This document shows, piece after piece, positions 1-12,165 of a stretch of DNA of 64,000 bases. The notes beneath the pieces are model-generated. The model was given only the letters and a program-made list of their open reading frames with translations. It was not told where the DNA came from and made no database searches. The translations under genes and the position numbers were made by a program. The first letter of the stretch is position 1. Each line of letters begins with the position of its first letter. Source of the stretch: Piromyces finnis finn (lineage: Eukaryota; Fungi; Neocallimastigomycota); the NCBI GenBank assembly GCA_002104945.1, contig MCFH01000042.1:124001-188000 (forward strand). Direction: 5' to 3'.

Positions 1-1479
1 TTCAGGATGGGAGGAATCATCAGATTTATCGGCCATGATATCATCCATGATATCATTTTCATCTTCCAAGTTTGGATCAGGATCATCCATAGATTTATTG
101 TCGTCTGGGATAAAAGAATGAGAGTCATGTGCAATATCAGGAGAATCAGAAATTTTTGAATTTAAATTTATGTTATCATTAATATCCATAGTATCTGAGT
201 TGGTAGAATTATCCTGTGTAACATTAGAATTTATGCTAGAATTATGACGTGGATTATTTGATTTATCATCCAATAGAATGTTTTCATTTTTATTTTGAAT
301 TTTTGAGTCAATTTTTGAAAAATTTTTATTAATAAAAATTTTTTCACGATGATCAGAAATTGAATTTTTAGTAGTATTTTCGCCATCAATTTTGGTATTA
401 GAAATATCTTCAGTGGTGAATTCATCAGTTGAAGAATTATTATAATGATCATGATTTTCAATAATTTTATTTTTGTTTTTGTCAGCAGGAGTTTTACCAG
501 AACAAACGTTATCGGAACCAGGTGTTTCAGGAAATTGGTATTTATTATTTTTATTGATATTATTTGAAATTTTACAATTTTTCTTTTCGAAATTGCAATT
601 GTCATTTGCAATTTCTTCTAAAACTTTTAAAATGTCATTTGTAAATTTAATTTTGTCAAATTTCGAATTTGAATTATTATTTTTGTTTTGAGTGTCTTCA
701 TTCATGTATAAAGAATTTGTTTTGGAATTGTTCATTAAATTACTTTTTGAGCTTTCCTTAGTTTGAGAAATAATATTGGCCTTTTTGTAACTTTTTTACT
801 TCTTTCCTTTCAGTTTTTTCGTTATAAGTTAAATTTTTATCAACCAGGTCCTCGTCCATAGTACTTATATTGTCTTCATTTACCATTTTTTCTTCTATTT
901 CTTCTTCATTTACTTCTTCTATCACTTCTTCTCCACTGTTTTTAAAGTGGAAATCCTTCTTCTTGGAAGTAGTCCTTTCTGTATTATTGTTTTGTTTATT
1001 AATATTTGAATTTGTATCCGTAGTGTTGTTGTTCTTGCTGTCAACAACTTTCTCTTTTACACCTTCCGTGTTATTGTTGTTCTTCGATGAGTCTGAGGAT
1101 ATCATATTGTCGTAATTATTAATATTATATGAATCGTTGAAAGAGAAATACGGATCGTTTATATTTTTCTTTTTATAGGTGTATTGTGCCGGCTTATCTT
1201 CGCAGCATTCTATTTCTCTAGAATAGTGAATTTTAAGTTTATCACCACATATCTCCATGACGATATATGAGTGATGTATTTCACTGAACCCAAGAAATAT
1301 TCCTTCCTTTGAGTTTGGCGCAAATTTCGACTTTTTAAGAGAATAGTCCTTAAAGTAACATATGCATCCAAATACTTTTAGGTATTTTAGATCGGCTTCC
1401 TCGTTGGTAAATACTTCGCCAGGGATTAAATTATTGTTTCCTTGGTGTGGTATTTTGTTGTAAATATAACAAGAATATT

Positions 1480-2274
1480 TTACAGCAAAACTCCAAAAGT
1501 CTTCAGATAATTTAGCCCAATATAAAAGTGTTTAGCAGAATTTTGAATAGTTTGGCTTATTCTTTCTGCTTTACCATTTAATTCATGTACGTAAGGGGGT
1601 GAGTTTATCTTAGATATACCGTTTTCCTTACAATACTTTATAACTTTACTACTGTTATATTCTTTTGCACCATCTGTCTTGAATATTTTGACTTTATATT
1701 TGTCAAAAGTGTTATTGACATTCTTTAGGAATCCAATAATGATGTCAGGTGCTTCAGATCTTGACTTGAGAGTGTAAATCCAAAGTTTTCTTGAATATTC
1801 ATCCAGCATAGTCATAAAATATTTCTTATTGTTTACGGATGAATTAAACGGGCCTGAAATATCGGAGTGAATAGTCTCTAGAACTCTTCCGGCTTTAGGT
1901 ACTGTTTTGTTGTGGGGAGACTTCTTCATTTTTGATATTTTGCAGTCTAGGCAAGGCGTTACTTTAATTTTATGTTGATTTAGATATTTCTTCAGATTCT
2001 TCTGGTAGAAATGACCTAATCTCTTATGCCATATATCTAAAGCATCTTCAAAATTTGCAATAAATGGTTCATTTTTATCTTTATTAATGTTTATGAGTTT
2101 AATTTTGAATTGGTTTAATTCATTTGAGTATGTTTGCATTATATTTTTATTTTCAGAGTCCTTGAAAATAAGTCTGACTTTCCCATCGTCAGTAATATCT
2201 ATAACGCTTCTTAAACCAACTTTAGCAAGTCCTACACCACTAATTAAATTCTTGCTAACTTTATCTGAATACAA
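1480..2274 (-). pseudogene. copia integrase (GAG-pre-integrase + rve core)
   Basis: WHKRLGH, CLDCKISK, HSDISGPF, LDEYSRK, TDGAKEY and ELNGKAER give the D,D,E core. Frameshift near 1500. Confidence 0.9.
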
Positions 2275-2394
2275 AACTTTTTCTAACTTGTAAATTTTGT
2301 CTTTTATCTTGAATTCATATGAACCATAACCACTAAATTCACAGGTAGTTCCATTTGCACATCTAAGTTGGATATGTTCTTCTGTGAAGTTCTG

Positions 2395-3729
2395 TTAAAT
2401 GTCCTTATTATTAATGATATGTTCGGCGGCACCAGTATCATAGAACCATTCGTCGTATTTATTTTCTCCATACACATAATCTATATTCTTTGCGTTAGGA
2501 GAGTCTTCTATTGTAGCTTCATCTTTTTCAATAAGATAGATACTTCTTTCCGTTAAAAGCCTAATATCTTTAAATTCTACGTTAATGCCATAACTTTCGT
2601 TGTCGTCGTAGTTTTCAACGAAATCTACTTCTTGTTCGAACTTCTTTTGTTGTTTTTTCTTGTGAACTTGCCTCCCTTGTTGTGAATTTCTTTTAGATTT
2701 GTTTTGGTTATAGGCCTTATTATTACTGTTTCTTCTTTGTTTTCTTTCCATTTTGGCCTTTTGATTATATTCACACATTTCGGTGGAGTGACCATGTTCA
2801 CAGCAGATATGACAGTAGGTACGGTGGCTTCTATTTATATTTCTTCTGTTACCGTAGCTTTTATTCTTTGTTGATTTGTTTTCTCTACTAACAAAATCAA
2901 CATCCATTGGATCATCAACTTCTTCATCTTCATCTTGGTCATTGTTGATCCAATCCTCGAAGTAGGACTTGGCATTGATATAACTTTTGACCTTCTCATA
3001 GAGTTGATCAGAAGTTTCGTCTAAAGTTACATTCAATTGGTTCTTGACACTTCGTGGAAGGGAATTGCACATATATTTCAATTTTTCCCTTTCACTTAAG
3101 GACATTCTTTGTTCAGACATCTCAAGGAATATTTCCATGATTTTATCGATGGTTTTACTGACTTTACTTACATCTTCAGTATGTAATTTTCTTAACTTCT
3201 TTAGCCAGTATTCGATGTCTGCATTAGCGTTATCGTATTTTGTATTCAACTTCTTGAATACTTGGTAACAGCTAAGTACTATGACCAATCTCTCTGAGGA
3301 TCTTCCCATCCACATTTTGAATGATCATAAGGTGTGCATCAGCATTAAGACTTTCAGCTGCTGATACTATCTCGGCCTTATAAATTGGCGAGTTTGCCAA
3401 TTTATTGGCGGCTACAACATTAATGTTATTAATGTTGCTGCTTGGATTTGCGTCCTCCCCCATAACTTTAGTGAAGGTTTTGTAAACGGACGCGAGTAAG
3501 TTATTAGTACGGTAATTAGCAATAATTTTTACAATAGCCATAGTGTAAACATCTTTGAGATTAAAGTCTATCTCAAAGCTGTTGTCTTTGATGTTCCAAC
3601 AATGTCATAATCAAGATAGCTAGTTAGACCCTGTCTAGAAGCAGCTGACTTGATTAAAAGACTCCAAGTGTCAAAGTTGGATTTTCCATGAAGACGTTGA
3701 TCATTGGCTAAAATTAATTGCTGGGACAT
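2395..3729 (-). pseudogene. copia gag-protease, frameshifted
   Basis: ORF pieces 3272-3541 and 2395-3315 plus an upstream piece from ATG 3729. Contains a CCHC knuckle and the DTGA aspartic protease motif. Confidence 0.85.
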
Positions 3730-3954
3730 ACTAAAATTTTAAACACACAAAATTTTGCTTCAAATTTTTCTTAAGAAATTTTTATTATTGATTAGAGTTT
3801 GAGACTCTTAATCTGTGAAATAAATTTAATTAATAAATAATTTTATTAATAAGGTTAACAAATAAATAATTTTATTAATAAGGTTAACAAAGAGAAAAAA
3901 TTACATTGTAAATATTACAGTTATATAATGAGATGTAAGATCATGTGACCATAG

Positions 3955-4112
3955 AAAATAAAATAAAATAAATAAAAAATAACTATCTCTACAACACGTA
4001 GACATTACATTTACAACATTTTAAATACATGTTTATGTTTTTATAAATTAGTCACGTGTGTTTATAAATATATGATATAAATAAATAAAATTATGTGTCC
4101 ATAAATGTTCAC

Positions 4113-4113
<1 letters not shown>
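3955..4113 (+). repeat. ~155-bp dispersed repeat upstream of the element I gag; second copy at ~14428-14584
   Basis: aactatctctaca(a/g)cacgtagacattac...gtgtccataaa(t/c)gttcacaa occurs at both places. Confidence 0.8.
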
Positions 4114-4155
<42 letters not shown>

Positions 4156-4831
4156 TCTATATATATAAAAAAAATGTCTGACGAAGCTTTAAGACAGCAA
4201 AACAAAATTCTTACGCTCCAACGTGTCACTGTCATCAGTGATGAAGATAATGATGTTGAAACGTGGTACGAACAAATGCAAGCTTGGAAGGATCTCCATA
4301 ACATTGAGGACAAGAAGGAAATCTACGAATGGTGTTTATTGACAGTCAGAGGTAGTGGTGCCAAAGAAATTAGAAGATGTATCACTTATGGGACATCTGG
4401 AAAAATCTACCCATACTTGGAAACCGCTAGAGATATTCTTAAAAACTTGTACGACTTAGAGTACAAACAAGAGGATATCATTGACGATTTGAAAGAGCTG
4501 AAAATAGGTAATAAGGAAGATACCAAAGATTTTAACAAAAAGTACAAGAACAAATATAATCAACTGGAATCTTTTGATCAAAACATTATTACGGTGGCTG
4601 ATTACCTAAATGCAATTGAATCAAGACCGAAATCCTGGAAGGGTGTTAAGCTAGCTGGCAGAAAGATTAAATTAAATGAAGCATTTGAGATTGCAGAGTT
4701 GTATGACAAAGTTGATAAGAAGATGAAGAGTAAATCTACTGGTAAGTCTTCTTTCAGTTCCTCTTCTAGAGTAAATAATGCGGGAAACTCTATTTTTCAG
4801 AAGAAAGTTAATATTTAATCCTGAAGAGTAT

Positions 4832-5557
4832 TGTAAAAGTTTATAAAAAAACAGATTATAAAATTTTACAATAAAACATAAAACACGAAATAAATAAAAA
4901 GAAACAAGAAAAACAAAATCTATTTAAAAATATCTCTTTTATTAATTTTATTTAGTTATTAACTAAATAATAGTCAATAACAATTACATCGTTTTAATCA
5001 AGAAATTTTACATGCATTTATATTTTTTGTAAATTATACTTTAATATACTATTCTATTTAATTATACATACATTCAATATAAAATAAACAAAACTAATTT
5101 AATACTAATTTAATTAAATAATAAAATAATAAAACTAAACTAAAACTAATTAAATACACTTTTGATTCAATTTGAGTAAACTGCAAATTGAATACAGTCC
5201 ATGTATTACCTATATATTAATTAAATATTAACAATACTATTTATTATATATTTATAATTAAAAATGCTAATTTCAAACTACGCTAAAGTTATTAAACTAA
5301 TTTTAATTAAATAAATACTTTTTAAGATTTAATTTGAATATTTAAAATATTTAAATTTAATTATCCATTAATTTAAACATTTATCCAAATTTCATTTGTA
5401 ACTTTAATATTTTAAAATTAATCTTTATTTAATTATTCCATAAAATTTATACAGTAAATTTTATAAACAATTTTTTTTTATTAAAATATCAAAATTATTA
5501 TTCAATAATTATTAATTAATTATTAAATAATTTAAAGATATACTTTATATCTTTACA
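4832..5557 (-). repeat. 3' LTR of element A
   Basis: Direct repeat of 10959-11682 with few differences, adjacent to the PPT. Confidence 0.97.
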
Positions 5558-5588
5558 ATCTCGCCCTTTAAGTCGAGCTCCTGCGAGA

Positions 5589-6377
5589 TTATTTCTTTGA
5601 AGGAATATCAATTACAAATGGTTGATATCTATGTCTGATCATACCATTGTTATTCCTTGTATAAACTTGATCTTGACTTTCTTTTCTAGACTTTTTATTT
5701 TTCCTATAAAATTCTTGGATCAATTGTACATCTGAAATTTGATCTTCTGGGATCCAAGTATTTTCGTCAAGATTTTTCCATGTCATCAATAAAGATTTCT
5801 TTCCATGATAATTTCTTTCTTGAATAATCTTATCAGGAATCCTATCAATAGTATCAGTAGTTAACTTAATATTTTTTCTTTTATTTATTACTGATCTATT
5901 TATAAATTCATTTTCGTTATAAGGTTCTAATAACGAGACATGAAAAACAGGGTGGCAACGTAAATTATTTGGCAACTTTAATTCAAATGCTAAAGGACTT
6001 ACCTTCTTGATTATTTCAAAAGGTCCGAGCATTTGATCAGCAAGTTTTCTTTTAACATTTTTGTTTGAAGGATTAATACCTTTTAATAACCAAACTTTTT
6101 TACCAACTTCGAAATTTGGGGATTCCATTCTCTTTTGATCAGCATACTTTTTGTAGGTTTCTTTTGCTTGATCAAGATTTTCTTTCAAAAATTTAATGTT
6201 TTCATTAATATCCAAAATTCTTTGTTCAGCTCTATTTGGTCTATTCGCTGAAGGAATTTCAGGATTGAATTTTGGATTGAACCCATAATTAGCGAAAAAC
6301 GGAGATTGGTTGATTGATTGCTGTAAAATATTGTTATAAGCAAATTCAGCAAAAGGTAACAAATCAACCCAGTTATT
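5589..6377 (-). pseudogene. Element A integrase C-terminus (GPF/Y module and chromodomain-like tail)
   Basis: LPFAEFAYNN, GPFEIIKK, HPVFHVSLLEPY, LLMTWKNLDENTWIPE. Separated from the upstream pol by one in-frame TAG at 6378-6380. Confidence 0.9.
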
Positions 6378-8430
6378 CTATTTTTCGTTAATAAAACAAC
6401 GGAGATATTGTTCCAATATCCCGTTCACCCTCTCCGTTTGACCATCAGTTTCAAGATGGTTTGCAGTAGAGAAAGCAAGTTTAATATTTAACAAATTACA
6501 TAAACGATTCCAAAAGTCTGAAGTAAATTGAGTACCTCGATCAGAAATGATGGAATCAGGAAAACCATGTAATTTAAAGATATTGTTAACAAAAACATCA
6601 GCTGCTATAGAAGCAGTAGGCAAACATCTTAAAGGAATAAAATGAGCCATTTTTGTTAACCTATCAACTACAACCATAATGGTGGTCATGTCTTTGGATT
6701 TTGGAAGCTCGACAATAAAATCCATTGACAATTCCGACCAAGCTCTATTAGGCGTGGAAAGAGGAGAAAGCAAACCATATGGTTTATGTCTTGGAACTTT
6801 AGCTTTACAACAAGTTTCACAAGACTTTATAAATTTTTTAACATCATAACTAAATTTTGGCCACCAAAAATTTCTACTAATTAATTCAATAATTTTATTA
6901 ACACCAAAGTGACCAGCAGAAATAGAATCATGATGTAATTCTAAGACCCTAGTTCTTAATGAAGAAGGAACATAAATTAAATTATCGTAAAGTAAAAATC
7001 CTTCTTTATCAATTTTAACTTTATTAATATTCCTAATCGGAGGGAACAAAGAATTTTTTTCATTTAAAAATACACAAACTTTATTATATAAATCATCATT
7101 TTTTAAAGAACATAAAATAGAATTGATTAAAGAATCATCTTTATTAAAAGTATTAATTACATTACATGAAATAAAATTACAACTAAAATTACTACATTCA
7201 ATGTTTTTATTAATTCTATTATTATTACTATCATTACAAATGTGATCACTACGTCTGGATAACAAATCAAGTTTGCCACACTTTTTTCCAGCCCTATATA
7301 TTAACTTAAAATCAAATCTAGATAAGAATTCATACCATCTTATCTGTCTTTGTGAGAGCATTTCAGGCTTTCTTGGGAAAGTTAAATTCTTATGATCAGT
7401 ATAAATGACGAACTGATGCTTTGCACCTTCCAGATAGTGTCTCCATTCTTCGAGAGCCACTTTGATAGCGAGCAACTCTTTATCATAAATTTGATAATTT
7501 CTTTGAGACTTGGTTAAGCTAGATGAAATAAAAGCAATAGGGTGCAACTTCCCTTCAAACTCTTGTGAAAGAATTGCATCGACTGCAAAGTTACTAGCGT
7601 CAGTCTCAACAATAAAAGGTTTGTTGCTATCAGGGTTCATTAAAATAGGAGCAGAAGTAAAAGCCTTCTTAAGTGTAACAAATGCGTTTTGACACTCAGA
7701 AACCCAATTAAAAGGAACATTTTTCCTAGTAAGTTTATGTAAAGGACTTGCGATTTTTGCAAAGTCTTTAATAAAAATTCTATAATAATTGCATAATCCA
7801 ATAAAAGATTGGACTTCTTTAACATTTGTAGGAACAGGCCAGTCGAGGATAGCTTTAACTTTATCTCTATCCATTTTCAGACCATCTTTGGATAATACAT
7901 AACCAAGGAAAGTGGTTTCTGAAACACCAAACTCACACTTCTCTAACTTTACATATAAATTATTTTCTAATAATTTTTTCAATACTTTTTTAACATGTTC
8001 ATGATGCTCTTCTAGACTATTTGAGTATATTAGAATATCATCAATATATGATATAGCAAAATCATCCAAATAATCACTAAGGACATCATTTATGAAATGT
8101 TGAAACGTAGCTGGTGCATTCTTTAAACCAAAAGGCATGACGAGATATTCAAAATGCCCATATCTTGTTCTAAAGGCAGTTTTGTATTCATCACCCTCTT
8201 TGATTCTTACTAAATTATAAGCAGACTTTAAGTCCAATTTAGTAAAGTACTTCGCACCCTTCACTCTATCCAATAAGTCACCAATTAATGGAAGAGGATA
8301 TGAATTTCTAATGGTCATGTCATTTAGCTTCCTATAATCAACGCAAAGTCTTAATGACCCATCTTTCTTTTTGACAAATAAAACAGGTGCACCGGCAGGA
8401 GATGTAGATTTCCTAATGTAACCTTTAAAT
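6378..8430 (-). pseudogene. Element A RT-RNase H-integrase
   Basis: YFTKLDLKSAYN, YIDDILIY, VETDASN, YTDHKNL, the HH-CC zinc finger and the SMDFIV/SDRGTQF core. A small deletion near 8430 (ENLK/GYIRKSTSPAGAP) breaks what was a single gag-pol ORF. Confidence 0.93.
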
Positions 8431-10447
8431 TTTCATTAATATAATTTTTTAATTCATCTCTCTCTGCCTCTGTTAAAGGATAAAGAGGACCATAAAACAA
8501 GTTAGAATTATCCTTTAACCTGATTTCACAATCGTATTCACGATGTGGAGGTAAAATATCACAATTCTTTTCATTGAAAACCTCTTTAAATAATAAATAT
8601 TGTTTTGAAATATCAACAGATTTTTTATCTTTATTTAAATTATTATTTTCAGTTTTACATTTATTAATAATATTACAAGATAAATCATTATGGTTTCTAT
8701 CTGAATTTATTACACAATAATTGTTATTATTAAACACTTTTTTTGAAAATGAGTATTGTTTTGGTCCGGGGACCGAATTATTATCTTTATTTAAATTTTC
8801 ATCAATACAATTAATATTATTACATGTACATTTAAAATTACAATTATTATTATTATTGTTATGTAAACTATCACTAAATTTAATTTTATCAAAACTATCT
8901 AAATCACTAATGGTTTTAACAGAGGTTCTACGGCCTCTAATACTTAAAGTTTCTTCATCGTCACTGGAGTCGCTATAGGAGGATTCATGATGATTGCATG
9001 AATCAAAGTCATAAGAGGATTGTTCATCTTCATCGTCTTGAGTGGCTTCTTTTCCTTTTCTTGATGATATTTTTTCTTTCTTGGATTCCTTTGTGCTACT
9101 CTTGTTTTTTCTTCTTCCCAAATTACAATGCCTGGCACAGTATATAGAGCTAAAGGCAATTTTGGAAGAATCATGGTAATAGACAGGACAATGTTTTTCT
9201 ATCCAAGGTACACCAAGAATTATATCAACTTCAGGAATTCTAAGTGCATATAATTGAATGACTTCGTAGTGATTTCTCAAACGGAGGATGCATTTTTCGG
9301 ATTCCTTCTTCACGGTAGATGTACCTTGCCCTAAACCAGAAACCTTGAAAGGTTCAGAAATATTTGAAAGTTTAATATTATTGATTTGTGCGAACTCAGG
9401 GTGGATGAAATTGAGATCGGAACCAGAATCAATAAGTACCCTAGCCTTGACTTCATCGATATCATTGGTTTTGATATAAAAATCGATGATATTTTTCTTT
9501 TCACCTTTATAAATTTCAAACATGTTTGAGGTTTCCCTGGAATTATGATTTTCCTTTTTAATTCTCTTGATTGAAGAGCTGGCATCGTCTTCTGAATGGC
9601 ATCTCTTGATAATTTTCACATTTCTTGGTTTCTTTTTGTTTGGACAATTAAATTGAAAGTGTCCAGCCTTTCCACAAGTAAAGCAAACACCCCTCTTCTT
9701 GGCCTCAGTGCAATTTGTTTTATTTTCATCATAATTACTCCTATGAGGAGGGAAGTAATCAACCTTTCTTTGACCCAATCTGATCCTATATAAGTCCACA
9801 TCCATAGGATCATTTTGGTTATAATTTCTCCGGTCTTGATGCGTCATATAGTATTCACTGATATCATTTCTCTTAGTAAGATTTTCAATACTAAGGACAT
9901 CGGAATAAAGACGCTCTAACTGAGAGGGATTTGGAATAACTAAAGCTAAATGTTCACGCATTTTCGGATGTAATCCTTTTGTGAACATGTATATTTTAGC
10001 TGCTTCGTTGAAATTCGAATTTTGGCTAACGCGTTGGAATTCGTTGATGTATTCAAACACCTTGCCAAATTTTCTTTGTTTAATGTTGCATAGTTTTCCA
10101 TTTGCAACAATCGTATCATTATTCGGATCTCCGAAATTGGTACGAAGGGCAGCAATAAACTGATCATAATTCCTTAGAACTGCGTCGTTATTTTGTCTTA
10201 AACGAGCAGCCCATTCTAGAGGTCTATTAACAAAGTAGGATATCAAGAAGCGAACTCTCGCTTCATCACTAACAAATCTATCAGGGTTGGCTTCAATAGC
10301 TAGCTCAACCCTAGTCAAGAACCCATCTAGTTCTTGTCTGCGGCCCGAGAAAACTGGAGGATCATTGACTATCCTCAAGGACGCTCCTTGGCGTTCCATG
10401 TTTTCGTTTAAATGTAAATTATCTAAGAGATGATTTATTTCTTCCAA
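8351..10447 (-). CDS. Element A gag-protease
   Basis: Retrotrans_gag-like PPVFSG...RFLISYF...LEWA, the knuckle CFTCGKAGHFQFNC and the protease motif LIDSGS, all in one frame. Confidence 0.9.
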   Translation of the reverse strand: MEEINHLLDNLHLNENMERQGASLRIVNDPPVFSGRRQELDGFLTRVELAIEANPDRFVSDEARVRFLISYFVNRPLEWAARLRQNNDAVLRNYDQFIAALRTNFGDPNNDTIVANGKLCNIKQRKFGKVFEYINEFQRVSQNSNFNEAAKIYMFTKGLHPKMREHLALVIPNPSQLERLYSDVLSIENLTKRNDISEYYMTHQDRRNYNQNDPMDVDLYRIRLGQRKVDYFPPHRSNYDENKTNCTEAKKRGVCFTCGKAGHFQFNCPNKKKPRNVKIIKRCHSEDDASSSIKRIKKENHNSRETSNMFEIYKGEKKNIIDFYIKTNDIDEVKARVLIDSGSDLNFIHPEFAQINNIKLSNISEPFKVSGLGQGTSTVKKESEKCILRLRNHYEVIQLYALRIPEVDIILGVPWIEKHCPVYYHDSSKIAFSSIYCARHCNLGRRKNKSSTKESKKEKISSRKGKEATQDDEDEQSSYDFDSCNHHESSYSDSSDDEETLSIRGRRTSVKTISDLDSFDKIKFSDSLHNNNNNNCNFKCTCNNINCIDENLNKDNNSVPGPKQYSFSKKVFNNNNYCVINSDRNHNDLSCNIINKCKTENNNLNKDKKSVDISKQYLLFKEVFNEKNCDILPPHREYDCEIRLKDNSNLFYGPLYPLTEAERDELKNYINENLKVTLGNLHLLPVHLFYLSKRKMGH

Positions 10448-10641
10448 TATGATTATGTTATAAGTATTTAATTTTTTATAATATTTAAGTTAAGATGTCG
10501 TCGTAACTCTATCCTGTCAAACGGTGTTAGACGAGCTCTTAAAAATATTATAACAAAATTAAATATAATAAATATTTGGAAGACCTTTGAGTAACAGGCA
10601 CTAGATTAACAAATCCTCAGAAAGTACGATAAAACTCCAAA

Positions 10642-10881
10642 ACGCGGTAGATTTTCCTATATATACGGTAGATATTCTTGAAAACGCGGTAGATATTCCA
10701 TTAGACGCGGTAGGTAACCTTGAAAACACTGTAGATATTCCTTAATACGCAGTAGATAACCTTGAAAACACTGTAGATAATCCTTAATACGCAGTAGATA
10801 ACCTTGAAAACACGGTAGATAATCCTTAATACGCAGTAGATAACCTTGAAAACACGGTAGATATTCCTTTAAACGCGGTAG
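10642..10881. repeat. Tandem array of 12 x 21-bp units (alternating 42-bp dimer) in the 5' UTR of element A
   Basis: Units ac(g/a)c(g/a/t)gtagata(t/a)...; acgcagtagataaccttgaaa alternates with acac(t/g)gtagata(t/a)tccttaat. Confidence 0.92.
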
Positions 10882-10947
10882 CTAAAAAAAAATTTTATTA
10901 AATATGTTTTATTAAAAAATTTTATAACGTGTTTTATTAGAACAAAG

Positions 10948-10958
10948 GTAATTGTTAT
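10948..10958 (-). promoter_or_regulatory. Self-priming-type PBS of element A (sense ATAACAATTAC)
   Basis: Abuts the 5' LTR and is the exact reverse complement of LTR positions 11104-11114. It has no TGG tRNA start. Confidence 0.8.
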
Positions 10959-11682
10959 TGTAAAAGTTTATAAAAAAACAGATTATAAAATTTTACAATA
11001 AAACATAAAACACGAAATAAATAAAAAGAAACAAGAAAAACAAAATCTATTTAAAAATATCTCTTTTATTAATTTTATTTAGTTATTAACTAAATAATAG
11101 TCAATAACAATTACATCGTTTTAATCAAGAAATTTTACATGCATTTATATTTTTTGTAAATTATACTTTAATATACTATTCTATTTAATTATACATACAT
11201 TCAATATAAAATAAACAAAACTAATTTAATACTAATTTAATTAAATAATAAAATAATAAAACTAAACTAAAACTAATTAAATACACTTTTGATTCAATTT
11301 GAGTAAACTGCAAATTGAATACAGTCCATGTATTACCTATATATTAATTAAATATTAACAATACTATTTATTATATATTTATAATTAAAAATGCTAATTT
11401 CAAACTACGCTAAAGTTATTAAACTAATTTTAATTAAATAAAAACTTTTTAAGATTTAATTTGAATATTTAAAATATTTAAATTTAATTATCCATTAATT
11501 TAAATATTTATCCAAATTTCATTTGTAACTTTGATATTTTAAAATTAATCTTTATTTAATTATTCCATAAAATTTATACAGTAAATTTTATAAACAATTT
11601 CTTCATTAAAATATCAAAATTATTATTCAATAATTATTAATTAATTATTAAATAATTTAAAGATATACTTTATATCTTTACA
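10959..11682 (-). repeat. 5' LTR of element A
   Basis: Direct repeat of 4832-5557, followed by the TSD AGTAT. Confidence 0.97.
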
Positions 11683-12165
11683 AGTATGATGAGAGAATTA
11701 GTAGTAGAAATAATACCAATCCTTTTAAAGTTCAATTTTGTTATTTCTGCCGCAACCCTGGTCATAAGAAAGGTAGCTGTCCTGAGTATTCTAAATATAA
11801 GTACATGAAATACCAAGAAATGATGAGTCGTAAAAAAAATAATAACTTTGAAGAAAAACACTCTTGACTCTGAAAATGATTCTTTAAACTACTAGGCGGG
11901 AGTGAGCGTTCTCCCGTAAATAACATTCAAGAAGAAATGAAATATTATTATGTGGATGGTATCAAAAGAAAGAAGATGTCCTCAGAACCTGAAGTTGAAA
12001 TTAAACATCCTAAAAAGGAAACAAGAGAAAAGAAAAGGTTCATTTAGATGAAAATATTGAAGGAGACAAAAAGGAAACTTCTCAAAGTAATACAAAAACC
12101 AAAAAGGAAAATATTACTTCTCCTGATGAAAGTCCACTTGATAATATCAATAATTTGGATACATC

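Larger units (their letters stand above)
1..3729 (-). mobile_element. Decayed Ty1/copia LTR retrotransposon (gag-PR-INT; RT/RH would lie beyond the left edge)
   Basis: Copia domain order on the minus strand. Gag N-terminus MSQQLILANDQRLHGKSNFDTW starts at 3729, followed by a zinc knuckle CHICCEHGHSTEMC, a protease motif WFYDTGAAEHI, GAG-pre-integrase WHKRLGH and an rve core. Several frameshifts. No LTR could be delimited. Confidence 0.9.
4832..11682 (-). mobile_element. Element A: full-length chromovirus-type (Tf1/sushi-like) Ty3/gypsy LTR retrotransposon with two ORF lesions
   Basis: Near-identical LTRs 4832-5557 and 10959-11682 (TGT...ACA). 5-bp TSD AGTAT at 4827-4831 and 11683-11687. Gag-PR-RT-RH-INT-chromodomain-like order. 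PPT at 5558-5570. Confidence 0.97.
4174..12165 (+). pseudogene. Element I: Ty3/gypsy gag and start of pol, split by element A and truncated by a solo LTR at 12166
   Basis: The gag from ATG 4174 resembles the gag of E (LKIGNKEDTKDFNKKY...ITVADYLNAI vs LKIKQNETIKSFNYKY...ISVDDYLNSI). It resumes after the AGTAT TSD at 11683 with the knuckle CYFCRNPGHKKGSC and a TTTAAAC frameshift signal at 11883. Confidence 0.85.

Noticed and set aside
4105-4173. N-terminal poly-Ile extension of the ORF called at 4105
   Set aside because: It is a translation of an (ATA)n microsatellite. The gag more plausibly starts at ATG 4174.
6378-6380. Programmed stop-codon readthrough in the A integrase
   Set aside because: The TAG falls within the integrase core, and the same copy has a frameshift lesion in RT, so simple decay is more likely.
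10642-10881. CRISPR-like array
   Set aside because: The units are contiguous 21-mers without unique spacers, they lie inside a retrotransposon leader, and there are no cas genes.
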